Counted from the first letter of the stretch, positions 10,544-20,782 are shown. The stretch is 64,000 nt of DNA from an uncultured Acidobacteriota bacterium (GCA_963813325.1 CAWEYM010000001.1:234523-298522), one strand, 5' to 3'. Program-made: numbers and translations. The notes: generated from the letters alone by a model not told the origin.

Positions 10544-12571
10544 CTATTGGCCCGCGACGCGCTCCACGACGATGGAGCGGCTGACCCGGCCGACGATCGC
10601 CCCGCCCCACAGGACGATGGCCCGCACCTGGTAGGCCCCGGGCGAGAGCGACGCCAGGTTGATCGTTCCTTCTGCGTACCATGCCCCGGCTGCCGCGTCG
10701 TCGGCCACCACCGGGACGACGCCGGCCAGCGTCGGGCCATCGGCTCGATCGACCACCTCGAATTGCACCACCGGACGTGCCGCGGCGGCCGCGGCGTCAC
10801 CTCCAGGCAGCAGGCGTCGCATTTCGACATAGGCGGCGACGCTTTGGCCGGTGATCCGCCCGTCGACCACCAGTTTCATCTTGCCGCCGACCCGGACGGC
10901 AGGGTCCGTCAGCACAAGGCTGCTGAGCCCGACGGGGCCTGCCGATGTCAGCCGGGCGTCGAGTTGGCGCTCGACGCCGCCGGCCCGGTTGCCCGAGTCC
11001 ATCGCGACCGCCCGGACGGCGTACTCGCCGGTCTTCACGCTGAAAGTCGAGGTGTAGTAGGCGCAGCGGGCGCCGTCGGGGCGGGACACGAGATCCGTCA
11101 GATGCCGGACGGGCGATCCGGAACCCTGCCCCGCCGCGTTCGTCACGATATGGCCGACGTCGAAGCCGGCTTCGGTCCGGGGGCCGCATCCGATCTCGGC
11201 AGCCAGCAGCACCCGCACGCCGCCGCTTTGGGGATCCGCGACGACGTAGGTGGTCATGTCGATGGGGATGGCGGACGGCAGCGAGGGCGAGTTCAGCGCG
11301 CGCGACAGGCGGTCCGCTACCGGGGCCGTCCGGGTGGCCGGGTCCACGAGGAACTGCTTGCGCGCCCGCACCTGCACGCCGGGCCGCGCCACCTTCACTC
11401 CGACGTTGTGCGTCTTACCGTCGCGGTCGGCGTCGTCAGGCTCGAACGTGAGCACGTAGGAAGCCGACGTCTCCCGCGCAATGCGCGCGAAAGTGGGATC
11501 GAGCGCGGTCGTCAGGTTGAAATACGCGCCTCCGGCCTGGCCCGCCATCTCGGCGAGGCCGTCGTTCAGGAGCCGCGCATCTTCGAGGGGCGTCCGGGTC
11601 GGGAATCGCTCCTTGACGTCGAAGGCCTCGAGAAACGCCCGGTCGATGTGCAGCACGTAGAGGTTGACGCGCGCGGCCTGAGTGAGTCCGCCCAGCCACG
11701 CCAGGTCCGCAATCCCGTCGAGATACCCGTAGGAGCTTCCAGTGACCAGGCTCTCGCCGATGAAGATCATGTACTTCGGGCCGTCGATGAGGCTCAGGCG
11801 GCGGATCAGGATCTCCAGGGACCGCTCGCTCGATTCCGCCGACGTGCGGGCGGCGTAGAACTTGGCGCGGGCATCGGCTTCGAGCGTCGCCCGGCAGTTT
11901 TCATATTCGCTATCCGAACGGGCCCAGATGCACTCCTCCCGGAGCGCCTGGTCCCAGAGGCGCTGCTGGCTGCCGGTGACGAGCGAGAAGGCTTCGCCGA
12001 GGCTGATGTTGGCGTTCGAGAGGTACCGGTGCGCGCCGCCGCCGACGATCTGGAGCAACGCGGCCCGAATCCTCGTCCGGTCGGCCGTGAAGTCCACGGT
12101 GACGCCGGCGGGCAGGGACACGAGGGCCACCAGGTCGTTCGGCGCCAGGTTCCTGACGAACAGCCCTGCTGCCTCCATCGCGCCGCGGCCGCCGCCGCGC
12201 GTCATGTTGCCCGAATCGACGACCAGCACGAACTGCCGTCCCAGGGCGGACGTCGTGTTCGAACTGTATTCCGCGCGCAGCATCACCCGGTCCTCCGGCC
12301 GGAGATTGGGGATGGCCGTGCGATCCGGAGGGGTGGCGGAACGGTCGTTGTGTGTCAGGAACTCGATCGACGCGATTCGCCGGGCTTTCCCGTCCACGGT
12401 GACGGCGAAGTCCTCCAGCCTGAGGTCGGGGATCGGATTCCCGGTCTTGTCCACGACCAGCACATCGACGGCGACCACGTCGATGCCCGAGCGGAAGACC
12501 GGCGGCTGGGGCGCCGCGCCGAGCGATGCCCCGAGGAGCGCAACGGCGAGCGTCAGGCGCAGACCGGACAT
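10544..12571 (-). CDS. Secreted VWA-domain protein (Acidobacterial VWFA-related type)
   Basis: The ORF is 10544..12709. The likely start is ATG at 12571 (MSGLRLTLAVALLGASLGAAPQPPVFRSGIDVVAVDVLVVDKTGNPI), the N-terminal block I recall from the acidobacterial VWFA-related family. A VWA-like core (FVLVVDSGNM) follows. Confidence 0.75.
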   Translation of the reverse strand: MSGLRLTLAVALLGASLGAAPQPPVFRSGIDVVAVDVLVVDKTGNPIPDLRLEDFAVTVDGKARRIASIEFLTHNDRSATPPDRTAIPNLRPEDRVMLRAEYSSNTTSALGRQFVLVVDSGNMTRGGGRGAMEAAGLFVRNLAPNDLVALVSLPAGVTVDFTADRTRIRAALLQIVGGGAHRYLSNANISLGEAFSLVTGSQQRLWDQALREECIWARSDSEYENCRATLEADARAKFYAARTSAESSERSLEILIRRLSLIDGPKYMIFIGESLVTGSSYGYLDGIADLAWLGGLTQAARVNLYVLHIDRAFLEAFDVKERFPTRTPLEDARLLNDGLAEMAGQAGGAYFNLTTALDPTFARIARETSASYVLTFEPDDADRDGKTHNVGVKVARPGVQVRARKQFLVDPATRTAPVADRLSRALNSPSLPSAIPIDMTTYVVADPQSGGVRVLLAAEIGCGPRTEAGFDVGHIVTNAAGQGSGSPVRHLTDLVSRPDGARCAYYTSTFSVKTGEYAVRAVAMDSGNRAGGVERQLDARLTSAGPVGLSSLVLTDPAVRVGGKMKLVVDGRITGQSVAAYVEMRRLLPGGDAAAAAARPVVQFEVVDRADGPTLAGVVPVVADDAAAGAWYAEGTINLASLSPGAYQVRAIVLWGGAIVGRVSRSIVVERVAGQ

Positions 12572-12777
12572 ATGGCCTCTATCTGGCATGGGTGTCGGAT
12601 TAGCATTCGTGGATTGGCGTCGGGCGCCACGGTTCAGTGTACACCGCGACCAGTCACTCCGCCCGGCACGCGCATCCCCCGCTGACCCGGCGGCGGCCGG
12701 CCGCCTCATGCGCTCCGGATCACTGACTCGGCGGCCCGCAGAGGTCGTCCGAGGCGTCTTTCTCAGGCCCGGGTGCT

Positions 12778-14826
12778 ATGCTGGCTGAGGTGGCTGGCCC
12801 GTGCACAGCGGACCGGCCATCGCCGAGCGCAGTCGTGCCAAGACCATCCCGACACCGATCCCGATCCCGCGCGCGCGCATTGCCCGCCGAGCCCCCGCAC
12901 CGAAGCCTGTCGGTCCTGGTGCTCGCGGCCGTGATCGTGGCCGCCGGCACGTGGGCGTACTGGCCGAGTTTCAACGGCGTCTTCGTCCTGGACGACGTGC
13001 GGGCGATTGTGCAGAACCCGACCATTCGAACGCTCTGGCCGCTCACGACCCCGTTGTCGCCTCCCTCGGCGTCCACCGTTGCGGGTCGGCCAGTCGCCAA
13101 TCTCTCCTTTGCTATCAGCTACGCACTTGGTCCGGCAGACGTATCGGGGGCGGCGAGCGGAACACCTGGAATGCCCGGCGTCCCCGGCACGCTGGATGCC
13201 ACCGCCTTTCACCTCGGAAACCTCCTCATTCACCTGGCCACCGCGCTGGTTCTCGCCGGCGTGGTCCGGCGGACGCTGTTGAGCCCGCCGCTCCGCCGCC
13301 GGTTCGAAGTTGTCGCGCCATGGCTCGCGCTGACGATTGCGCTCATCTGGGTGGTCCATCCCCTGCAGACGGCGGCGGTGACGTACCTCGTCCAGCGGGT
13401 CGAGTCCCTGATGGGGCTGTTCTACCTGCTGACGCTCTACTGCGCCATCCGGGCGAGCGGGACCTCGCACGTTCGTGTCTGGACGGCAGCGGCCGTGGTC
13501 AGTTGCGCCGCGGGCATGGCGACGAAGGAAGTGATGGTGACGGCGCCAATCATGGTGGCGCTCTGGGACCGGCTGTTCGGCGCGGCCGTCCCGAACGGGA
13601 CGAGCCGGACGCGATGGGGGCTGCTCGCGGGCCTCGCGGCGACGTGGCTTGTTCTGGGCATCCTGGTCCTGTCCGAGCATCGCGGCCCGTCGATCAGCCT
13701 GGCTCCGGGCATCGTCTGGACGTATCTCCTGACCCAGGCCGACGTCGTGGTGCACTACCTCCGGCTGGTCTTCATCCCCGCCCCGCTCGTGTTCCTGTAC
13801 GACTGGCCGCTCGCGCCCTCGCTCCTCGCGGTGGCGTGGCAGGCAGCATTGCTGACGGCGCTCGTCGTGCTGACGGCCATCGGGGTGGTGCGACGCCACC
13901 CCGCGGGATTCCTGGGAGCGTGGTTCTTTCTGATCCTGGCGCCTTCATCCAGCGTGCTGCCGATTGTGACCGAGGTCGCCGCGGAGCACCGGATGTACCT
14001 GCCGCTGGCTGCGATTGTCGCTGCCGTGGTCATGGGTCTGTTCCGTGCCGGCGGCCGGGTGTCGAAGAACTCGAGGACCGGTGCGGTGCTGGCCGTGGTG
14101 GCGGTCGTCGGGGCGGTCGGGGCGCTGGGCGTCGCGACGCGCGCGAGAAACCGGGTGTACGGGAGCGCCGAGGGCCTGTGGCAGGACACCGTGAGCAACC
14201 GGCCGGACGATGCCAGGCCACGGATTGCGTATGGCGAGGCCCTGGCCAGTGCGGGCCGACTGGCGGAGGCCGAGGCGCAGCTGCAAGTCGGAGTCGCGCT
14301 CGCGCCACAAGACCCGCTCGCGCGCGTGCGGCTCGCGGCGGTGCTCGCGCAGCGGCAGAAGCTCGACGCCGCGATACCGCACCTCGAGCAGGCGTTGACG
14401 CTCCGGCCGGGCGACGTCGATGCGCATCGCTATCTCGGCGAGATCTTCGCCATCCAGCGGCACGACCGCCTCGCGCTGTCGCATTACGAACAGGCGCTCG
14501 CCGCCGTTCCGAATGACGTGGAGGTGCTGGCGAAAATGGCGACGATTCTCGCGGATTCGCGCGACCTGTCGGTGCGTGACGCCGAGCGGGCCGTCGCGCT
14601 GGCCAGCCGGGCCGTGGGCCTGACATCCGGGCGGGAGCCCAGGTTGCTCGAAATCCTGTCGGCGGCGCAGGCGGCGTCCGGCCGGTTCTCCGCCGCCGCG
14701 GCGACGGCGCGAACCGCGCTGGAGCTGGCGCGCGCACGCGGCGACGGCGCGCTGGCGTCCGCGCTCGAGTACCGGGTGTCGGCCTACGAGTACCGGGCGA
14801 GCCAGGCCTCTGGCCCACGGCGCTGA
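12778..14826 (+). CDS. Polytopic membrane protein with C-terminal TPR repeats (TMTC/PMT-like, GT-C-type fold suspected)
   Basis: 682-aa ORF with about 10 hydrophobic segments. The first loop contains VLDDVRAIVQNP. The C-terminal ~200 aa are TPR-like (AYGEALASAGRLAEAEAQLQVGVALAP...). Confidence 0.7.
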   Translation: MLAEVAGPCTADRPSPSAVVPRPSRHRSRSRARALPAEPPHRSLSVLVLAAVIVAAGTWAYWPSFNGVFVLDDVRAIVQNPTIRTLWPLTTPLSPPSASTVAGRPVANLSFAISYALGPADVSGAASGTPGMPGVPGTLDATAFHLGNLLIHLATALVLAGVVRRTLLSPPLRRRFEVVAPWLALTIALIWVVHPLQTAAVTYLVQRVESLMGLFYLLTLYCAIRASGTSHVRVWTAAAVVSCAAGMATKEVMVTAPIMVALWDRLFGAAVPNGTSRTRWGLLAGLAATWLVLGILVLSEHRGPSISLAPGIVWTYLLTQADVVVHYLRLVFIPAPLVFLYDWPLAPSLLAVAWQAALLTALVVLTAIGVVRRHPAGFLGAWFFLILAPSSSVLPIVTEVAAEHRMYLPLAAIVAAVVMGLFRAGGRVSKNSRTGAVLAVVAVVGAVGALGVATRARNRVYGSAEGLWQDTVSNRPDDARPRIAYGEALASAGRLAEAEAQLQVGVALAPQDPLARVRLAAVLAQRQKLDAAIPHLEQALTLRPGDVDAHRYLGEIFAIQRHDRLALSHYEQALAAVPNDVEVLAKMATILADSRDLSVRDAERAVALASRAVGLTSGREPRLLEILSAAQAASGRFSAAAATARTALELARARGDGALASALEYRVSAYEYRASQASGPRR

Positions 14827-14884
14827 GCGGCGCGACCGCCGGCCGGGAACCCCGGCGTGGGGAAGGCAGACGGCCCGGTCCCGC

Positions 14885-16396
14885 TCAGATCTCCTCCACG
14901 TCGATCTGCGCCCGCTGCAGCCGGCCACTGAAGTCCACATAGACCGACTTCCACTCGGAGAACACGTCGAGCGCCGCCTCGCCGGCCTCGCGATGGCCGT
15001 TGCCGGTGTTCTTGGTCCCGCCGAACGGCAGGTGGATCTCGGCGCCGATCGTCGGCGCGTTCACGTAGAACAGCCCCGTGTGCAGGTCCCGCATCGCGCG
15101 GAACGCCGTGTTGATGTCCCTCGTGTAGATGGACGCCGACAGGCCGTACTCGACGCCGTTGGCAATCGCCACGGCTTCGTCGTACGTCTCGAAGGGCAGC
15201 ACCGATACGACCGGGCCGAAGATCTCCTCCTGCGCGATGCGCATGGCCGGCCGGACGTCGGTGAACACCGTCGGCTCGTGGAAGTGGCCCCGCGCGTGCC
15301 GGCCGCCGTCCAGCCGGTGCCCGCCGCACGCCAGCGTCGCCCCTTCGCCGAGGCCGATCGCCACGTACTTCATGACGGTCTCGAGCTGGCCCTGGCTGAT
15401 CGACGGCCCCATCTGGGTGGCCGGATCCAGGCCTGCCCCCACCTGGAGCGTCCTGGCACGGGCGACGTAGCGACGGACGAACTCTTCGTACACGGCCCGC
15501 TGCACCGCCACGCGGCTCGCCGCCGTGCAGCGCTGTCCCGTCGTCCCGAAGCCGCCCCACACGCACCCGTCCACCGCCAGGTCCAGGTCGGCATCGGCCA
15601 TGATGACGATGATGTTCTTGCCGCCCATTTCGAGGTGGACCTTCTTGAAGCTCGGCGCCGCCTTGATGCTGACCATGCGGCCGACGTCCGTGGAGCCGGT
15701 GAACGAGACCACGCTGACTTCCGGCGCCTCGAGAATGGCGTTCCCCACCTCGCCGCCGCCCCCGGTGACGAGGTTCACCACCCCGGGCGGCACGCCCGCG
15801 TCCACCAGCACCTGCACGAAATTCACGGCCGACAGGGGCGTCAGCGTCGCGGGCTTGAACACGACCGTGTTCCCGCAGATGAGCGCCGGCAGAATCTTCC
15901 ACGACGGGATCGCCATCGGGAAATTCCACGGCGTGATGATCCCGCACACGCCCAGCGGCTGCCTGACCGACATCGCGAACTTGTCGCGCAGCTCCGACGG
16001 CGCCGTCTGCCCGTGCTGCCGGCGCCCCTCGCCGGCCATGAAGAACGTCATGTCGATCGCTTCCTGGATATCGCCGCGCGTCTCCTCGAGGACCTTGCCC
16101 ATCTCGCGGGTCATGTCGCGGGCGAACGCCTCCTTGCGCTCGATCAGGAGCTGACCTGCGCGGAACAGGATGTCGGCCCGGCGCGGGGCCGGGACGGCGC
16201 GCCAGCGATCGTACGCGCGGGCCGCCGCGGCGATGGCCCGCCCGGCATCCGCGCGCCCCGATCGGGCGAACAGGCCGATCAGATCGTCCGTGTCGGCGGG
16301 ATTCCGATTCTCGAAAACCTCGCCCGCGGCGGCGGGCACCCACTGCCCGTCGATGAAGTTGCCGTAGGTCGCGACTGGAGCGGTGCTCATGTTCAT
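14885..16396 (-). CDS. NAD(P)-dependent aldehyde dehydrogenase family protein
   Basis: Motifs [22 protein letters not shown] and GQRCTAASR are present. The likely start is ATG at 16396 ([17 protein letters not shown]); the ORF extends to 16447. Confidence 0.9.
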   Translation of the reverse strand: MNMSTAPVATYGNFIDGQWVPAAAGEVFENRNPADTDDLIGLFARSGRADAGRAIAAAARAYDRWRAVPAPRRADILFRAGQLLIERKEAFARDMTREMGKVLEETRGDIQEAIDMTFFMAGEGRRQHGQTAPSELRDKFAMSVRQPLGVCGIITPWNFPMAIPSWKILPALICGNTVVFKPATLTPLSAVNFVQVLVDAGVPPGVVNLVTGGGGEVGNAILEAPEVSVVSFTGSTDVGRMVSIKAAPSFKKVHLEMGGKNIIVIMADADLDLAVDGCVWGGFGTTGQRCTAASRVAVQRAVYEEFVRRYVARARTLQVGAGLDPATQMGPSISQGQLETVMKYVAIGLGEGATLACGGHRLDGGRHARGHFHEPTVFTDVRPAMRIAQEEIFGPVVSVLPFETYDEAVAIANGVEYGLSASIYTRDINTAFRAMRDLHTGLFYVNAPTIGAEIHLPFGGTKNTGNGHREAGEAALDVFSEWKSVYVDFSGRLQRAQIDVEEI

Positions 16397-16528
16397 GGTC
16401 ACGTACGTCCCATCTGGGGCGTTTCCGCGCACGCGGATACCCGCCAATCATGGCGATTCACGCCGAAAACGCCCGGTTCGTGGCTGGTGCAGTTCTTGAA
16501 TGATAGCAGGACAGGAAGGACGGACGCC

Positions 16529-16918
16529 ATGAACTCCACTCCCCTGCTCCACGTGCATCCCGCGGGCCGTCCGAGCCGCACCGTCATGGTGGTCGACGGC
16601 CCGGGCGCGATCCGGGAGCTGTTCGAGTCGATCATCGAACCGGGGCACTACGACGTGGTGACGGTGGAGTCGGGTGATCGCGCCTACTCCCTGATCAAGC
16701 GCGTCCGGCCCGACCTCGTCATCCTGTGTCTCGGGCTGCACGACACCTCGTCGCTGCAGGTCCTCTCGATGCTCAGGCTCGACCCGGACACGCAGGACAT
16801 CCCGGTCATCACTTACCCGGTCGGGGACGACGACCTGCCGCGCATGGACGACGCGGTCGACGTCCCGGACGACGACTTCTGGCGTCAGGCGCCCGGTCTC
16901 CCGGTCCGCATGCACTGA
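16529..16918 (+). CDS. Single-domain receiver-like (CheY-fold) protein lacking the canonical phospho-acceptor Asp
   Basis: This is the 129-aa tail of ORF 14993..16918 from ATG 16529, with an AGGAAGGA RBS. The REC-like pattern is TVMVVDG...PDLVILCLGL...IPVITY. The position normally occupied by the acceptor Asp reads Cys, and the acidic pair after beta-1 reads DG. Confidence 0.6.
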   Translation: MNSTPLLHVHPAGRPSRTVMVVDGPGAIRELFESIIEPGHYDVVTVESGDRAYSLIKRVRPDLVILCLGLHDTSSLQVLSMLRLDPDTQDIPVITYPVGDDDLPRMDDAVDVPDDDFWRQAPGLPVRMH

Positions 16919-17019
16919 GCCCGGCGCTCAGTTGAGTTGAGGACGCGCCGGGAATGTCGCGCACGGGCTTCAGCCCGCGTGCCCGGAGCGAACACACTCA
17001 TCACACGTGAGCTCCGGGG
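16919..17019 (-). repeat. Copy B of the ~100-bp MITE/REP-like element (inverted relative to copy A)
   Basis: Its reverse complement reads CCCCGGAGCTCACGTGTGATGAGTGTGTTCGCTCCGGGCACGCGGGCTGAAGCCCGTGCGCGACATTCCCGGCGCGTCCTCAACTCAACTGAGCGCCGGGC. It starts on the base after the TGA at 16916-16918. Confidence 0.85.
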
Positions 17020-17090
17020 GCGGTGCGCGCTTGCTGCCGCCCCGGGCCCCGCAGCCGCAGGGCGGCGGGGAGCGAGCCGGCGCGCGCTCG

Positions 17091-17099
17091 TGGTATAGT
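17091..17099 (+). promoter_or_regulatory. Possible extended -10 promoter (TGgTATAGT) giving a leaderless PilZ mRNA
   Basis: TGGTATAGT lies at 17091-17099 and the ATG at 17107, 7 nt after the -10 hexamer. There is no Shine-Dalgarno sequence and no good -35. Confidence 0.35.
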
Positions 17100-17106
17100 G
17101 CGGGCC

Positions 17107-17463
17107 ATGTCACAGGACACACGAGACTATCCCCGCCTGGACATATTGGGCGAATTGCAGGGCGAAGTCACCGTCCTCGCGCCGCTGACGATCAAGGAGA
17201 TCAGCCGGTCGGGCGCGCTGGTCGAGACGTCGTTTCCCCTTCAGCTGAACTCCCTGCACGAGTTCCGCCTCGAGCTCGGCGGCCGCCCCGTGATCGTCCG
17301 GGGCCGGATCGCGCACTGCCGTATCGTGGACGTGGACCAGGAGATGGTCGTCTACCGCGCGGGCGTGGAGTTCATCGAGCCCTCGGAACACGTGCTGGCC
17401 GCCGTGGCGGACTTCATGGAACTGGTCCAGCGCGAACGCGGCCTGCTGCCCCCGACGACCTGA
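17107..17463 (+). CDS. PilZ-domain protein (c-di-GMP receptor)
   Basis: 118 aa counted from ATG 17107. It has an RxxxR motif (TRDYPRL) and a D/NxSxxG-like motif (KEISRSGALV), then a beta-barrel-like remainder. Confidence 0.7.
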   Translation: MSQDTRDYPRLDILGELQGEVTVLAPLTIKEISRSGALVETSFPLQLNSLHEFRLELGGRPVIVRGRIAHCRIVDVDQEMVVYRAGVEFIEPSEHVLAAVADFMELVQRERGLLPPTT

Positions 17464-17517
17464 CCGAACCGGCGGTTCCCGCCGGCGGGGACGCAGCCGG
17501 GAAGAGTCCGGCTCGTC

Positions 17518-18918
17518 CTACTTCACCCTCACCGCCGACTCGGCGCGGGGCGGATTCACGTACGCGGACACGAGGCTCTCGTTCCCGTCGGGGCCCAGTG
17601 CCGCCACGCCGAACACGAAGTCGTCGATCGACACGTCCCGCAGGACGAAGTCCGTCACGTTGCCCAGCGTCACGACGTGCTGCCAGTCCGGCGTCCACGC
17701 CTCGCGCCAGTAGACGCGGTAGCCCGCCGCCCCTGGTGCGGCGGTCCACTTGAGCGCCGCGTCATAGCCGGACGGCTGCCGCCCGATCAGCGGCCGGCCC
17801 CGATCGTCGGCCGTCGCGGGCGCGGCCGGGGCGAGGGCCAGGCTGGCCAGCACGGCGGCGTTGACGCGGGCGTTCCTGAGCAGGTACCCGGGCGTGACCC
17901 CCGCCAACGTGTCCTCGACCGTGTGCTGCCGGCCGAAGTGCTCGTCGGCCTCCGTGATCCGCACACCGGCAAATCCATGCTGGTTGAAGGCCGTGTGATC
18001 GCCACCGCGCCCGAAGCGGTCGTGGCGAGCGATTAACACGATTCGCTGCGCCGGCACGTAGCGCGGCGCGACGCGGGCGATGTAGCGCGCCACCTGACGG
18101 GAGGGCGAGTCCTCGGGCCCCTCCGAGAAGATCCGCACGCTCTCCCCGTCCAGCGCGCCGGATCCGCCCTCGACGTTGCCGATCATGTCGTTGTTGAGGA
18201 CCGCGTCGATCCGGATCTTCTCCGCCTCGGCCTTCTGCGCGTGGAGCCTGGCGCCAATCAGCCCCTGCTCCTCCCCGACGAGCGCGATGAAGACGAGCGT
18301 CGCGTCGAACTCGAGCCCGCTCTGGCCGAAGACCCGCGCGAGTTCCATCACCGCCGCCGTGCCGCTGCCGTCGTCATTGATCCCCGGGGCGGGGTTGTCG
18401 GCGGCGCTCCAGTCGAACCCGCCCGACGCGCCCTGCCCGGCCGCGGTCCTGGCGGCGCTGCCGGCGCCGGCCTGCCCCGGCGACGGCCTGGCCTCGACCC
18501 GGCGCGCGAGCGAATCGTAGTGCGCACTGATGTAGAGGCGGCGCGGCGTCCGCCCGGGCAGCACCGCCATCACGTTGCGGACGTCCACGTCGCGCGTGAT
18601 GCGATCGCCCTGCGGCGGGATCACGTAGCTGTCGAAGCTGACCTGCAGCCGCGGGCTCGACCGCTTCATCTCGTCGAGGATCCACTGGCGTGCGGCGCCG
18701 ACGCCGCGGTCCGGCGCGTCGGTCGTGGACATCGTGTTGCGCGTCCCGAACGTGTTCAGCGTCGTCAGGGTCTGTATCATCCGGTCCTGCGACACCTGCT
18801 CGACCAGTTTCGCGATCCGCGGATCGAACTGGTCGGTCTGGTCGGTCTGCGCGAGCGCGGCCGGTGCCGTGCCCGCCAACACGCATGCGCACACCACAGC
18901 ACCCAGCGTAGTCTTCAT
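17518..18918 (-). CDS. Secreted M28-family aminopeptidase with a C-terminal FN3-like domain
   Basis: Signal peptide MKTTLGAVVCACVLAGTAPAALA. Metal-ligand blocks are ISAHYDS, GINDDGSGTAAVMELARV, GEEQGLIG and NNDMIG. The C-terminal stretch is AAPGAAGYRVYWREAWTPDWQ. Confidence 0.85.
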   Translation of the reverse strand: MKTTLGAVVCACVLAGTAPAALAQTDQTDQFDPRIAKLVEQVSQDRMIQTLTTLNTFGTRNTMSTTDAPDRGVGAARQWILDEMKRSSPRLQVSFDSYVIPPQGDRITRDVDVRNVMAVLPGRTPRRLYISAHYDSLARRVEARPSPGQAGAGSAARTAAGQGASGGFDWSAADNPAPGINDDGSGTAAVMELARVFGQSGLEFDATLVFIALVGEEQGLIGARLHAQKAEAEKIRIDAVLNNDMIGNVEGGSGALDGESVRIFSEGPEDSPSRQVARYIARVAPRYVPAQRIVLIARHDRFGRGGDHTAFNQHGFAGVRITEADEHFGRQHTVEDTLAGVTPGYLLRNARVNAAVLASLALAPAAPATADDRGRPLIGRQPSGYDAALKWTAAPGAAGYRVYWREAWTPDWQHVVTLGNVTDFVLRDVSIDDFVFGVAALGPDGNESLVSAYVNPPRAESAVRVK

Positions 18919-18975
18919 GGCATTTCCTGTCTGACGTTGGAGAACGACCCGGTGGCGGGCGTGCGCCGGCGGCGT

Positions 18976-19383
18976 CTACCGGACGCGCAGGTGCTCCAGG
19001 TAATCGCCGGAGGAAATCTGCTCGGCCCGACCCAAAGGAGCATTGTAGAAGTACACCCAGGCGGTGTCCACGGACCCGTCCTCGAGCGTGACCGGAACTT
19101 CAACCCGGGTGTAGAGACTCGTGTCGGGCTCGCTCGATCGGTAGCCTTCGATCTCGTCGAGCGTCGCGAGAACGTCCGACGGGGCTTCGACCTCGTAGAC
19201 CTCCCCCCAGACCCGCCCGCCCGGCGCCGGGACGGCCGCCGGGAAAATCCCCAGGTCGTACAGCGCGGCCTCGATCCATCCGCGGCCCGCGAACGCCATC
19301 TTGGTGTCGATCCCCGCCCGACGTCGCCGGTCGAAGCCCGCCATCAGGGTTCCGTAGACAAAGACCTTGTCACCCATGCTCAT
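18976..19383 (-). CDS. Gamma-glutamylcyclotransferase (AIG2/GGCT-like) family protein
   Basis: 135 aa with VFVYGTLM near the N-terminus and a later GEVYEV...LDEIEGY block. Confidence 0.8.
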   Translation of the reverse strand: MSMGDKVFVYGTLMAGFDRRRRAGIDTKMAFAGRGWIEAALYDLGIFPAAVPAPGGRVWGEVYEVEAPSDVLATLDEIEGYRSSEPDTSLYTRVEVPVTLEDGSVDTAWVYFYNAPLGRAEQISSGDYLEHLRVR

Positions 19384-19562
19384 TCACCCGCTGGCAGGAT
19401 ACGACCGGACCGACAAAACGTTTCACCTGGCGCCACCGGGATCCCCGGCCCGGCAAGAGCCGCGGCACCTGCCGCGTGAGCACTCCATCTGCGCCCGTGC
19501 GCGGCGCGGGCGCACCAGCAGCGAAATCGCGGGACCGGGGAGAGACTCGCAAGTATGCGTGC

Positions 19563-19591
19563 AGTGTAGGGAACTCGCCGGGGTTAGTCAA
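19563..19591 (-). promoter_or_regulatory. Sigma-70-like promoter upstream of the GGCT/M28 genes
   Basis: The minus strand reads TTGACT-(17 nt: AACCCCGGCGAGTTCCC)-TACACT. It lies just downstream of the hairpin at 19660-19691 and about 170 nt upstream of the ATG at 19383. Confidence 0.5.
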
Positions 19592-19659
19592 GCGCGCGGC
19601 CCGCCGCTGTCCCGCCGCGCGACCCGCCCCCTGGGAGCGATGCTGGCCCCAACGCAAAC

Positions 19660-19691
19660 GCGGCCCGCGGAGTGCTCACTCCACGGGCCGC
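19660..19691 (-). terminator. Hairpin terminator candidate after the 19727-20782 gene
   Basis: Outer stem GCGGCCCG / CGGGCCGC with inner stem GGAGT / ACTCC. On the minus strand it is followed by GTTTGCGTTGG. Confidence 0.45.
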
Positions 19692-19726
19692 GCTGGTCAG
19701 GTACCCGGAGTTCCAGGGCCGCGAAT

Positions 19727-20782
19727 CTAGCCGCCGACGCCCTTCTTGGGTTCGATGGTGATCTTTCTGGGCGCCTGCCGATGGGCGGACCCGATCGCGT
19801 CCAGCAGCGCCGACGAGACCGCGAAGGATATCGAGACCTCGGTGCCTGTCCCGCCCATTTCGATCGCCGGCCACAGCGCCGCGGCCTCGGGCTTGTTCCC
19901 GGTCTGCATTTTCGCCAGCGCGATAAACCCCCTCACGATGTCGCGGAGGTTGTTCGCGGCCTGCTCGTCCCGGGCCTCGGCCTTGATCACCGCGTGCATC
20001 CCGCCGTTCACGCGCCCGCTCGCCGCGAACCAGGTAATCGGGGGAATCCGCGACGTCACGTCCTCGGGCAGGTGCGCCTGCGAGGCAATGGCGTCGAACC
20101 GGCCGACCGCCCACACGCTGCCGTCATCCATCTCGGTGACGAACTTCATCATGTCCGCGTTGTCCGTCACGTTCTCCCCGCCCGACGCCAGATCCACCGC
20201 CCCGCGCACGGCCGCCACGCTCCCCAGGGCCACGAGGCCGGGCTCGATGAAGGCCACCGCCAGTTCCGGCTCCGGCTCGCCCTTCCGGGCCTGTTCCTCC
20301 GCGCTCTCGTGCTGCCGGTGGGCCACGTGCGTCATCAGGCGCTTGCCTTTGTAGGTCTCGATGGCGGCGCCGTTCTCACGCGCCAGCCCCTCGATGCGCG
20401 CCACGTCGAACCGCCCGCGCGCCACGACCAGCCCCTGCGCCGAATCGCCCTCGGCCGCATGCGGTTCCATGCACGCCACGACGCGGTCGATGTCCCGCTC
20501 GATGTCGATGCCGGTCTTGTCCCGGAATTCCTGGCGGCCTTCGTCCGACTGGCCGGGCATCTGCCGCAGCCGCTGCCGCAACTCGGACGTCATGACCTGG
20601 CGCACATCCGCGTAGGCCACGACGGCCGCGTCCCTGGGAATATAGCGAAGTTCGTCGGGCCCCGGCCCCGCGCCGAACAGCGTGCTGGCGCCTCCCCCGT
20701 AATAGGCCACCACCCCGATCGACAGCCCGACCACCAGCACCAGCGCCGAACCGAACAGAAAATAGCGAGTCTTTGCCGTCAT
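19727..20782 (-). CDS. Membrane-anchored hypothetical protein (single N-terminal TM, periplasmic body)
   Basis: 351-aa ORF with RBS GGGGG and N-terminal MTAKTRYFLFGSALVLVVGLSIGVVAYY. I recognise no family. It lies directly downstream of the ABC-2 operon. Confidence 0.6.
   Translation of the reverse strand: MTAKTRYFLFGSALVLVVGLSIGVVAYYGGGASTLFGAGPGPDELRYIPRDAAVVAYADVRQVMTSELRQRLRQMPGQSDEGRQEFRDKTGIDIERDIDRVVACMEPHAAEGDSAQGLVVARGRFDVARIEGLARENGAAIETYKGKRLMTHVAHRQHESAEEQARKGEPEPELAVAFIEPGLVALGSVAAVRGAVDLASGGENVTDNADMMKFVTEMDDGSVWAVGRFDAIASQAHLPEDVTSRIPPITWFAASGRVNGGMHAVIKAEARDEQAANNLRDIVRGFIALAKMQTGNKPEAAALWPAIEMGGTGTEVSISFAVSSALLDAIGSAHRQAPRKITIEPKKGVGG

Noticed and set aside
10424-12685. A 753-aa plus-strand ORF opposite the VWA gene
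   Set aside because: It is antisense to a gene with a signal peptide and a VWA core. Its translation is Arg/Gly/His/Asp-rich with no motifs.
14784-16451. A 555-aa alternative-frame ORF and a 641-aa opposite-strand ORF over the aldehyde dehydrogenase locus
   Set aside because: Only the 14885..16447 frame carries the ALDH catalytic and cofactor motifs. The others are Arg/Gly-rich shadows.
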